Shown: positions 56,016 to 64,000 of the stretch, piece by piece | Position numbering within the stretch: position 1 is the first letter of the stretch | How the letters are laid out: each line of letters starts with the position of its first letter | The notes under the pieces: model-generated | Told to the model about the DNA's origin: nothing | The model's input: the letters and a program-made list of their open reading frames with translations, nothing else | Database searches by the model: none | IMG/VR virus record: IMGVR_UViG_2548876968_000003 | Location: 1 to 64,000 of that record | Source: a virus | Lineage: Duplodnaviria; Caudoviricetes | Reading direction: 5' to 3' (one strand) | DNA: 64,000 nt | Translations under genes and position numbers: made by a program

Positions 56016-56428
56016 TTCCTTTCCGGGCTACGACCCTCTCTTAAATAACGATCTGCCGGAATTCAAGTGGGAGTCCCCGCAAAAGCTACCCTTTACCGGT
56101 AAATCCAAACGTTTTTTTTAAAGGATTTTTCTTTGTATGAGTGTACCATTTTTAGATTTTGAGACCGGCTCTTAGTATTATGTCCCTTAAAAAATATTCA
56201 GTTAGTACCTTTTCGATCCCTTGACTCCTGCTAAGCATCCTTTTTGAAAGGAAATACTTTATAACGCCTTCTTAAATATCAGTTCAAAACCAGTTCCGTA
56301 ATATTTTGATTCAATTGAAATATATTTAGCTTATAGTTTTTTTGTTTAATTTTAGTTATTTTATTAACTGTTCAAAAGCTTAAATATTTAGATTTAGCCA
56401 CCTATTGAAAACTTAATCTTTCATCATA

Positions 56429-56458
56429 TTCAAATGGGAATGCGCATTCCCATTTGAA
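56429..56458. repeat. 30-bp perfect palindrome upstream of parA (parS/operator candidate)
   Basis: TTCAAATGGGAATGCGCATTCCCATTTGAA. Confidence 0.85.
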
Positions 56459-56536
56459 ATGGAAAAATATTCCTAAAATTTTCCAGTTTTTTATTTTTGC
56501 GCTTTCTCAAATTTCTTCGTTTTTTACTCTTTCTAA

Positions 56537-57292
56537 TTGATGAAAATTATACCAATTTGTTCGGGGAAAGGTGGTGTGGGCAAAACCACAAATACTATAT
56601 ACTTAGGGCAAACCCTATCTCATCTAGGAAACAAAGTTCTGGCCATTGACTTTGATTTCAATCGAAGTCTCAGCAAATTCATGTTCTCTCATTTCAAAAT
56701 AGACGAGCGGGAGGCCATTTACAAAAACTCCTTCAATATGCTTATGGATGCTGAAAGTTACGAAAATTACATTTTCAAAACTGGACATGGAATCGACTTT
56801 ATTCCTGCCGTCGAAAGACTTAAAAAAGTTGATTTAGAATTTTATGACGACCCAAGACTTAAATTCAGATTTGAAAAATTGCTAAGGAAATTAGACTACG
56901 ATTTTATCCTATTAGATCTCCATAACGTCGTAAACGTAGTTCTATTAGCTGCCCTTCATAGCGCAGATCACGTAATTTCTCCCATCGAATATGGAGCATG
57001 GAGTTTTGACGGCACAGATGACATGCTAAAAATTTTCAAAGAAACAGAAGCAGCTTTAAAGAAAAAAATCAACTTCACCGTGGTTCCCTCAAGAATCCCT
57101 AAAAATAAAATAGAGGAGCTAATTGAAGTTTGCGAATATAACGGATTAAACGTTAGTAAATTTGCGAATATTAATGACAACACCGTCCATACAGCGTCAA
57201 ATTTAGGTGAATTTTTAAACCCGAAAAAACACTCTGCATTTAATCGTTTTTTAATTTTAGCTAACGAGGTTTCCAATGGCAGAAAAAAATAA
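56537..57292 (+). CDS. parA: ParA family partition ATPase
   Basis: KGGVGKTT, LAIDFD, YDFILLD. Confidence 0.95.
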   Translation: MMKIIPICSGKGGVGKTTNTIYLGQTLSHLGNKVLAIDFDFNRSLSKFMFSHFKIDEREAIYKNSFNMLMDAESYENYIFKTGHGIDFIPAVERLKKVDLEFYDDPRLKFRFEKLLRKLDYDFILLDLHNVVNVVLLAALHSADHVISPIEYGAWSFDGTDDMLKIFKETEAALKKKINFTVVPSRIPKNKIEELIEVCEYNGLNVSKFANINDNTVHTASNLGEFLNPKKHSAFNRFLILANEVSNGRKK

Positions 57293-57914
57293 ACTAAGCA
57301 GAAGAGAACTAGTTAAAGCATCCTTAAAAAAGAATAAGGATGTAGAACAGTTAACGAACCCTTTAACAAATAATGATGTTAAGTCAATTGACCCGCAGCT
57401 TGAAAAACTTAGAGATTTTTTTAAATCATTGCTTAACGCTCACAGAAGGACCATTTCCGCATCAATTGAATTTGGCGAACAATTATATAACACTAAAATT
57501 TCCATTGGTCACGGAGGTTTCATTGATTATATCGAAAAAAATAAGGCCTACTTAGGTTTCGATAGACGTGCCGCAAGTAATTATTTAAGAATTTATCAAT
57601 TTCAGCAATTTATCAGCAAAGATGCTAAGACTATTCAGGAAGCGATTAATGATATCAGGATAGCCACAAAAGGATTACCGGACCCAGATGTAGAAAAGCG
57701 ACTTGAAAAAGAAGTAAATCCACTTGAATATAATTATACGAAAGCAAAGAAGCTATATCATTTATTCAAAAAGAAAAGCAAAGGAAAAAAAGGCCTGAAG
57801 AAGCCTGTTGCAGACTACATTAGAAGATTTATTGAAGAGGAAATTGAAAAAGAAAATAATAAACATACTAAAATCATTTCTAATCTTCAAAATGATTTAA
57901 AACTTTTTCTGTAA
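57276..57914 (+). CDS. ParA partner, DUF3102-like HTH protein
   Basis: EFGEQL...K..IGHGGFIDYI...RRAASNYLRIY; no ParB GxRR box. Confidence 0.7.
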   Translation: MAEKNKLSRRELVKASLKKNKDVEQLTNPLTNNDVKSIDPQLEKLRDFFKSLLNAHRRTISASIEFGEQLYNTKISIGHGGFIDYIEKNKAYLGFDRRAASNYLRIYQFQQFISKDAKTIQEAINDIRIATKGLPDPDVEKRLEKEVNPLEYNYTKAKKLYHLFKKKSKGKKGLKKPVADYIRRFIEEEIEKENNKHTKIISNLQNDLKLFL

Positions 57915-57944
57915 TTCAAATGGGAACGCATATTCCCATTTGAA
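57915..57944. repeat. Second copy of the palindrome, directly after the partner gene's stop codon
   Basis: TTCAAATGGGAA-CGCATA-TTCCCATTTGAA. Confidence 0.85.
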
Positions 57945-58070
57945 TCGCAACATTTCAGATCATCCTCCAGTTAAAATTATTTTTAATATTTTTCCAAAAA
58001 AGAGTACCAAAAAAAAGTACATGGTTTATAGTCGTACGTAATCTCCTTACGAGATTCGTTTTCAGAAAGA

Positions 58071-58100
58071 GCCTGCGAAGTGGTGAGATACTTCGCAGGC
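58071..58100. promoter_or_regulatory. 11-bp stem-loop upstream of rep
   Basis: GCCTGCGAAGT-N8-ACTTCGCAGGC. Confidence 0.5.
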
Positions 58101-58351
58101 ATTCCTACCTTTTTTTACTTAAAGTGACATAATTTTACTTGACTATCGTTTAGTACCATATTCTAGTCCGAATTTGAAATAGCTTTAGGAGACATAACTA
58201 AAGCGCGGCTGATCTCACATTTTGCCGTCTGAAAACGAATCGAGGACCATCCAAAAGGCTCTACGCCTAACTATGCTCCCCGTTTCTGAATAGAGTAGGG
58301 TAATTTAAACTTTTACCATGCTGCGCCCGAATTATGTCCGCATAGGTAAAA

Positions 58352-59479
58352 TTGAGCGTGAATATGGAAACATATCAAAGACCAACTCAGGGAAAATACC
58401 GCCCTGGGCCTATTGATGTATTGAAAATGGCAAGAAGTAAAAAGGATCTTCTTTCGAAGATTGCAGAATTGGATATAAATGGAAGAAGTCAGTACGGCGG
58501 CTGTATAACGAAAAATAAAAAACTAGGTATGTATGTAGATCTGGCTGAAACGACCGTATCCAAATATATTCGAGAGTTTCGAAAAGAAAAGCTCGTTCAC
58601 CAAACTTCTTTTCATGGAAGCTATCGAACTTTACGTATATCAGATGAATTGTATTTCGCAATTATTGAAGAGAGAACACGGAATATAGAACTTGCGAAAT
58701 CAAGAAAAGAAGTGTACAGAAATCCTAGTCTCGATCAAAAGCCTAGCGCAGACGGTCACTTAACCCAAAGACAAAGGTACGGGGCAGACCCGTACAATAA
58801 TCCGCCTCCTAGTCGTACTTCCCTAGAGACTTCTGTACCAACTTATGTACCTGCTATTTTTGATGAAACTGGAATTGAATGGGGAAAGTTCTTAAACTAT
58901 GCAGACGAGGTTCTTTCTAAAAGTAGTAGGGGAGTTTTGCACAAGTTAAAAGTAAAATCAGACGGCAAAACTTTGAACTTATTGGATGAAGTATCTGATT
59001 CACTCTTACGTGTGATTTCAAAGTATTTCCAAGAGCAATTAAAATTGCCACTTATTGTTCAAATCCAGAAAATCAAATTTAAAGAAGAAAAATCGGAGAA
59101 TTCAAGTTCCGAAACAAATCAGACAAACGTTGAATTAGTTTGTGAGCAAACGCAGTTAGAAGGAGAAATCGTTAAAAATACGGTCGGCACAAAACCAAAA
59201 TTTAATCCAGAAATTCAATATGAGTATTTTCACAATATTAGATTTAGAGACGAGTCAATTCGGGGATTCTTGGACTACTCTTCCTTAAAACTAAATCGCC
59301 CGGATTTGGAAATACTTAGAAACGTAAGAATCCATTATAATTTTGAGAAGATAACATTTTTTGATCCGATTCCCGAAAAACTTAAAAACCATATAAGAGA
59401 ATACTTTTACCATAAAACAAAATCAGTGATAGCGCCCGTGTTTATGGAGAATCGAATACATTTTCACTCGGCGGCTTGA
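58352..59479 (+). CDS. Plasmid-type Rep protein (wHTH plus two C-terminal repeat domains)
   Basis: GGCITKNKKL...ETTVSKYIREFRKEKLV; follows the par cassette as in Leptospira plasmids. Confidence 0.7.
   Translation: MSVNMETYQRPTQGKYRPGPIDVLKMARSKKDLLSKIAELDINGRSQYGGCITKNKKLGMYVDLAETTVSKYIREFRKEKLVHQTSFHGSYRTLRISDELYFAIIEERTRNIELAKSRKEVYRNPSLDQKPSADGHLTQRQRYGADPYNNPPPSRTSLETSVPTYVPAIFDETGIEWGKFLNYADEVLSKSSRGVLHKLKVKSDGKTLNLLDEVSDSLLRVISKYFQEQLKLPLIVQIQKIKFKEEKSENSSSETNQTNVELVCEQTQLEGEIVKNTVGTKPKFNPEIQYEYFHNIRFRDESIRGFLDYSSLKLNRPDLEILRNVRIHYNFEKITFFDPIPEKLKNHIREYFYHKTKSVIAPVFMENRIHFHSAA
58714..58850. other. Putative plasmid origin: 6 GTAC plus 4 CTAG in 137 bp within the rep linker
   Basis: Counted directly; includes the IR GTACGGG-N5-CCCGTAC. 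Confidence 0.5.
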
Positions 59480-59740
59480 CCTATTCTTCGTCTTTTGTTC
59501 GAAGTTGATGCCTCCTCGAACAAGAAGTCTAATAAGTAAATGAGAATAACAATGTTTACGAATATTTTCGGATAGGATAAGGAAATATGTGGTTTTGAAA
59601 AGTATTGTTACCAAAAGGGAAGGGGATGCCAATGGTTTCGGTTTCGAATACAGTGGAGTTGGATTTTATCCGACTAAAAAACGGCCCGTCGGATATATAG
59701 TTTAGCGCTATGCGGATGTATTTTTGAAAATTTCTCCAAT

Positions 59741-60343
59741 TCATTTCTTTCTCCAAATCAAAAAATTCATGATTAGATTTAAAAGAGAAATGCCCCCGAT
59801 AAACATGAATGCAAATTGATAGATTCGGTCTTTTGAAGAATCATTTTCTACGTTATTTGTCTTTATTTGCGAAAGAATCGAATTGAGTTCTTCCCTAATA
59901 TTTTGTACCGACCGATAGATTTCAGAATCTAATAGAATCACGGTATTAGGAGGGCCTAAAGATTTTCCGAAAGAAGTTTGCCCAAAACGAGTTTTATTCG
60001 GCATTTTTCGCAAATTTTCCATTTCTGCTTTCAATTCCTGGTTTAGAGGCCATTTTAGATACGCTTTTTGAAAAAACTGTTTCGCTCGGTCGTAATTCCC
60101 GCGTTTCCTTTCTTCTCTGGCAATTCCAATCCAGGCTCTTGTCAGAATAAACTCCGCTTTAGGGTCCGAAGGATTATTTGTGAGAAGTGAGATTGCAAGA
60201 TTCTCGGCTTTGGTATATTGACTTTCTTCAAGAAGCCTTTCGCCATCTTCATGACTTCCCGCCATAACGTTTTCTTCTGAAAGTAAGCCAAAAGAAAGAA
60301 TGAATAAAAATAGGGATAGCTTTTGTAAAGAAATCATATTCAT
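59741..60343 (-). CDS. Secreted TPR protein with C-terminal TM anchor
   Basis: Signal peptide, TPR pair, C-terminal hydrophobic helix. Confidence 0.75.
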   Translation of the reverse strand: MNMISLQKLSLFLFILSFGLLSEENVMAGSHEDGERLLEESQYTKAENLAISLLTNNPSDPKAEFILTRAWIGIAREERKRGNYDRAKQFFQKAYLKWPLNQELKAEMENLRKMPNKTRFGQTSFGKSLGPPNTVILLDSEIYRSVQNIREELNSILSQIKTNNVENDSSKDRIYQFAFMFIGGISLLNLIMNFLIWRKK

Positions 60344-60457
60344 TTACCTGTCGATTCGAATTGCCTTGTGACCGTAACGAGCTCTCGGCATCTTTTGAGA
60401 ATCAAGAGTCCAAATACTTGCAATCGGATTTTGAAGACCGATGGAATTTATTCCGGA
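60344..60457 (-). pseudogene. C-terminal remnant of a Kelch-repeat gene
   Basis: ...IGLQNPIASIWTLDSQKMPRARYGHKAIRIDR* parallels ...MDLGNPTTTPWRTETITLPVARYGHKAVILSR* of the 453-aa protein. Confidence 0.75.
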
Positions 60458-60695
60458 TCAGTAGAGTGGGGCATGTCATTGGAAATCCGATGAGCCTGAT
60501 AAACTTTCGAACGAAAAGCCTAAACTATTAAAAGCTATTACTTTATTTCTTATGGAAGAGTTTCAGTATCCAACTGAACAAATTACAAATGAATTTGGTT
60601 TGTATTCGAAAGAAGCCCCGCTAATTTATTTAGGAAAGGCTTTATTGAAGTCAATTAAGAATAGTTGAAATTTTACATGGCTATCTGTGCATAAA

Positions 60696-61286
60696 TCAAC
60701 GACGAAAACCTAACTTTAAAAGAATGAAGCACTGTAAAAGAATAGAAACTGAGATCAAAGTTAACGTTAGGTAGAATGAGTTTGATTTCTCTTGCGAAAG
60801 ATGAATTTCATATCGGATTTGTTTTAGTGTTTCATTCATTTCTTGAAATGGAATGTTTAAGCTACCATTTTCACTCGACGAAGAGCCGAGCCCGGAATGT
60901 CGAGTTTTAAAAATCGATAAGGATGCAACATGGTCCACAAGTTTCTTATCTTTTAGTTCCATATATCTGGCGCGAAGAGAGGGGTTATTCGGCCAATTGG
61001 AGAAGGCCTTCTCGTAATAAGAAAACGCAGTTTTGAATTTACGATCCTTGTATTTTTGATCAGCGACTTTAATCCAAACTTCGGTTTGATAAAGTTGAAG
61101 AGTCACATCATTTGGATTGATTTTTATCCATTCATCAAGAAGCGACTGAGCCTCCACAACACGATTTGAATCGATAAAGTCTTTGATCTGCCGGTAAGAA
61201 TTATTCTCATCCGCATTTTGCGAATAGATAGAAGCAGCGAATAGGAGTGAAAGTAAAATTGAACCTGCGATTTTTCTCATCTTCAT
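60696..61286 (-). CDS. Secreted TPR protein with C-terminal TM anchor (paralog of 59741-60343)
   Basis: Same architecture; AFSNWPNNPSLR vs AYLKWPLNQELK. Confidence 0.75.
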   Translation of the reverse strand: MKMRKIAGSILLSLLFAASIYSQNADENNSYRQIKDFIDSNRVVEAQSLLDEWIKINPNDVTLQLYQTEVWIKVADQKYKDRKFKTAFSYYEKAFSNWPNNPSLRARYMELKDKKLVDHVASLSIFKTRHSGLGSSSSENGSLNIPFQEMNETLKQIRYEIHLSQEKSNSFYLTLTLISVSILLQCFILLKLGFRR

Positions 61287-62644
61287 CTACTCAAAATCAC
61301 TGCTTTGTGACCGTATCGAGCTACGGGTAAAGTAATTGTTTCCGTTCTCCACGGAGTCGTTGTAGGGTTTCCTAAATCCATTGAGTAAACCTTATCCTGC
61401 GGAACGTTAGTGAGATTGGCTCCACCGAAGAGAAACGCTCTTCTGAGTTCGTAGGACACTTCCATTGCAGGATAATAAAGAGCAGTTGGTAAAATTCCGC
61501 CTGCTGTATAATTGGAAGTAGTCGCTAAACTGTAATCAAACGTATTAGAAGACGTAACTGAAGTAGGGGGTTGGAACACATCGGCGGTTGTCGATCCGCC
61601 TGCAATTAAGATGGCGGCTGGGTCAGCAGGGTAGGTGTCCTTTGAATTTGGGCGATAACAAGCCATTGCAGCTCCATACTTCGCCTGGCTGATAGTCGCT
61701 TCGACAAGGGAGGTAGTCGTATTTCCACTTGGAATATAAGCATCTGAAGTGTTAAACGGAAGACCGTCTGTGTTTCGTCTTCCGCCGGAAAAAAACAAGG
61801 TATCGTGAATCGCACAACCAGGCATATCCACTCTTTGAAAAATCGCACTGTTTGAAACATACTTCAACCAAGTTCCATTGGTTCCTAAAGAAGGAGTAAA
61901 CTTGTAAACCGTATTTGCGAGGGTGCCAGTTGTCATATCTGCTGAAGTTGTTCCGGATATAATATAGATATCGTTTCCAGATGAAAAAGCGATTCCGCCC
62001 TGATGAGTGTCTGGCATTGGAGAAAGGATCTTCCAGACGTTATTGAAGGGATCGTATTCGTTGACGGTATTGACCGCCGTGAAAGCTATGCCTGATTTTA
62101 CCAAGCCGCCCATAACGTAGATCTTATTCTGATGAGAAACAATATTGGAATACGCTCTTGGAGTAGGGACACTTGTAATCGCTGTTAACCATTGGTTTGT
62201 TACGGGATCATACAAATCTACTTGTGCGATCGGAGAAATTCCAGCTCCAAGTCCGCCGATAATCCAAATACCTCGGGTCTTTTGTGGCTGATCACTTACA
62301 AGAGTCTGAAAGGTGAGAAGTAATGGATTTGGAGGGGATTGTAAATCTCCACAAAAAGCTGAATAGAAGTAATTCGTCTGAGTTTCAAGGTTATTGATTA
62401 CTACAATGTGGTCCTTCGAGTTCGTAATACTTGGCATAATTCCTTCGATACTTCCTTTGCCGTAAGCAACTGCGGCAGAGGATTTAGCCTTACATTTAAA
62501 GATGAACGTTGCACTTGTTGCTCCAGGGATAACGAGAGGAAAGCCGTCGAGTTTATGAGTATCCAAATTGGAACCGTCGATAAGGGGAGAATTCCCACAG
62601 TTAACAAAAGTTAGAAAGATGAGAAGGGAAAAAATAGATTTCAT
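61283..62644 (-). CDS. Kelch-repeat lipoprotein with N-terminal FN3-like domain
   Basis: Lipobox FLTFVNC; IYVMGG...YDP...W..MP repeats. Confidence 0.85.
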   Translation of the reverse strand: MKSIFSLLIFLTFVNCGNSPLIDGSNLDTHKLDGFPLVIPGATSATFIFKCKAKSSAAVAYGKGSIEGIMPSITNSKDHIVVINNLETQTNYFYSAFCGDLQSPPNPLLLTFQTLVSDQPQKTRGIWIIGGLGAGISPIAQVDLYDPVTNQWLTAITSVPTPRAYSNIVSHQNKIYVMGGLVKSGIAFTAVNTVNEYDPFNNVWKILSPMPDTHQGGIAFSSGNDIYIISGTTSADMTTGTLANTVYKFTPSLGTNGTWLKYVSNSAIFQRVDMPGCAIHDTLFFSGGRRNTDGLPFNTSDAYIPSGNTTTSLVEATISQAKYGAAMACYRPNSKDTYPADPAAILIAGGSTTADVFQPPTSVTSSNTFDYSLATTSNYTAGGILPTALYYPAMEVSYELRRAFLFGGANLTNVPQDKVYSMDLGNPTTTPWRTETITLPVARYGHKAVILSR

Positions 62645-62673
62645 TCAATAGTTCCAGATTTGATATGTGTATA

Positions 62674-63999
62674 TTAATATTTTATTATGAATAGGTTGTA
62701 ATCAAGGCCGGGTTTCCCCGTAAAAGTCTCATTATTTAACGAACTCTCGGTAAATCCAGTTAGGTATGGATGTCCTTGTTGATCAATCGTGATTGAAGAC
62801 GCTTCGCAATTGAAACCTTTAAGGCCCGTAATCGATGTCCAAATTTTATTTCCATTTAAGTCATATTTTGAAATAAACACATTGTGCCTCGAATTGCTTG
62901 GATCGGAATGGGTTTGTTTATCTAGATTTCCAGTAGTGTAACCCGTAATATAGAGGCTTTGATTCTTATCAAAAACAATTCCTGTTCCTACTGCATTTTT
63001 GCTTGAAAATTCAAAAATCGATCCTGTAAATCCTAACTGTCTGGTCCAAATGCGATTTCCATTGCTATCAAATTTAATTACGAGTAGATCTCTTGTGTTG
63101 TTTCCTGATTGCATTTGGTCGTCAATATTTCCATTTGTGGATCCGGTAATATAAATGTTTCCTTGACCGTCTAACGTTACTCCGTTGGATTTGGTATCTT
63201 TCCCGGAGGTTCCGGTCAATTTCGTCCATATCCGATTTCCGCTACTATCAAATTGAATGAGAAAAGAATCGTTAGCTCCGGAAACGGGAATGCCATCCAT
63301 AGTAGTCATATTAAAAGTGGTGCCGACTAAATAGATCTTTCCATTAGAGTTATCGTATGTAATTCCAGAAGGAGATGGGCCGGCGTATAATTTAGTCCAC
63401 TGTTTTGCTCCAGCAGAATTATACTTTACTATAAAATAGCCGGTTCCTCCTCCGCCAAAGGTTTGTCCATCAAGGCCGCTTGCAGAGTTTCCGGTAACAA
63501 AAATATTGCCAGTAGAGTCGGTTGCAACGCTTGTAGCACCAGTATTGCCACCTGCCGCAATACCCAATAATCTGGTCCATTGCTTATTGCCATTCGAATC
63601 ATATTTTACTATAAACAGATCTGAATCAATAAAGTCGGGAGTTCCGTCAAACGCCTCTCCGTCCAAAGCTCCGTTTGTGGTTCCAACGGAATAAATATTT
63701 CCAGATAAATCAGATGCAATAGCGTAGGCGGTCGTTTGGTCGCCGGCAACACCCATTAATCGAGTCCATTGTTTCGAACCGGATGAATTGTATTTTGTTA
63801 CGAAAAGGTCGTAAAATCCAGTGAGGGCCTGGCCGTCGAAATTGCCGGAAGCTTGTCCTGTCGCATAAACATTATTATTTTGATCGGATGCAATTGAATT
63901 TGTCTTTAGAAGTCCTGAATTTTGTCCAAGTAATCGAGTCCATTCTGCTTTTGGTCCGGGTGTCGTTATGTCGGAGAACAATTGAAGTAAGGAGAGGAT
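62674..63999 (-). CDS. SBBP beta-propeller repeat protein; 5' end runs off the window
   Basis: Repeats D..GNIYVTG.T.G.LD....G..D.F..KYDSNG.KQWT; frame open to the window edge. Confidence 0.85.
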   Translation of the reverse strand: MLSLLQLFSDITTPGPKAEWTRLLGQNSGLLKTNSIASDQNNNVYATGQASGNFDGQALTGFYDLFVTKYNSSGSKQWTRLMGVAGDQTTAYAIASDLSGNIYSVGTTNGALDGEAFDGTPDFIDSDLFIVKYDSNGNKQWTRLLGIAAGGNTGATSVATDSTGNIFVTGNSASGLDGQTFGGGGTGYFIVKYNSAGAKQWTKLYAGPSPSGITYDNSNGKIYLVGTTFNMTTMDGIPVSGANDSFLIQFDSSGNRIWTKLTGTSGKDTKSNGVTLDGQGNIYITGSTNGNIDDQMQSGNNTRDLLVIKFDSNGNRIWTRQLGFTGSIFEFSSKNAVGTGIVFDKNQSLYITGYTTGNLDKQTHSDPSNSRHNVFISKYDLNGNKIWTSITGLKGFNCEASSITIDQQGHPYLTGFTESSLNNETFTGKPGLDYNLFIIKY

Positions 64000-64000
64000 T

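Larger units (their letters stand above)
2429..59479. mobile_element. Contractile-tailed temperate phage, probably an LE1-like Leptospira phage-plasmid; boundaries approximate
   Basis: TerL, portal, protease, capsid, sheath, tube, baseplate, lysis genes plus ParA and two initiator-like genes; no integrase or att site seen. Confidence 0.85.

Noticed and set aside
1812-63694. Dozens of 60-145 aa ORFs antisense or out of frame within long genes (e.g. 3390-3758, 6641-7006, 21207-21644, 35649-36026)
   Set aside because: Fully nested in well-supported CDSs and lack motifs; treated as shadows

Overview
AT-rich Leptospira-type DNA (host inferred from spirochaetal lipoboxes and Kelch/SBBP surface-protein cargo). 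About 2.4-59.5 kb looks like a nearly complete contractile-tailed temperate phage that probably replicates as a plasmid (LE1-like phage-plasmid). It has lysis, tail, baseplate, head, packaging, DNA-methylase/ParB and replication modules, a ParA partition cassette and a second Rep, and no integrase was seen. The capsid, portal, protease, sheath and tube resemble SPO1/Twort/A511-type proteins. Main observations beyond the ORF track: (1) a single-box motif, TCCGAT(A/T/G), sits 25-29 nt upstream of 12 late-gene starts and is probably a late promoter; (2) two large polyvalent proteins (MTase+LPD1 and InPase+ParB) share modules and carry [ILVF]-x-K|[SA] putative head-protease sites; (3) two candidate programmed frameshifts (tail chaperone A9; tail-fibre C_CCT_TTC plus hairpin); (4) a candidate unimolecular spanin; (5) two origins, one with 5x15-bp iterons and one dense in GTAC/CTAG; (6) 30-bp palindromes bracketing parA and a non-ParB partner; (7) NYN and DUF3800 nuclease morons with structured leaders, an RloC-like ATPase, and several pseudogene remnants. 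All family assignments come from motif recognition by eye, with no database searches.
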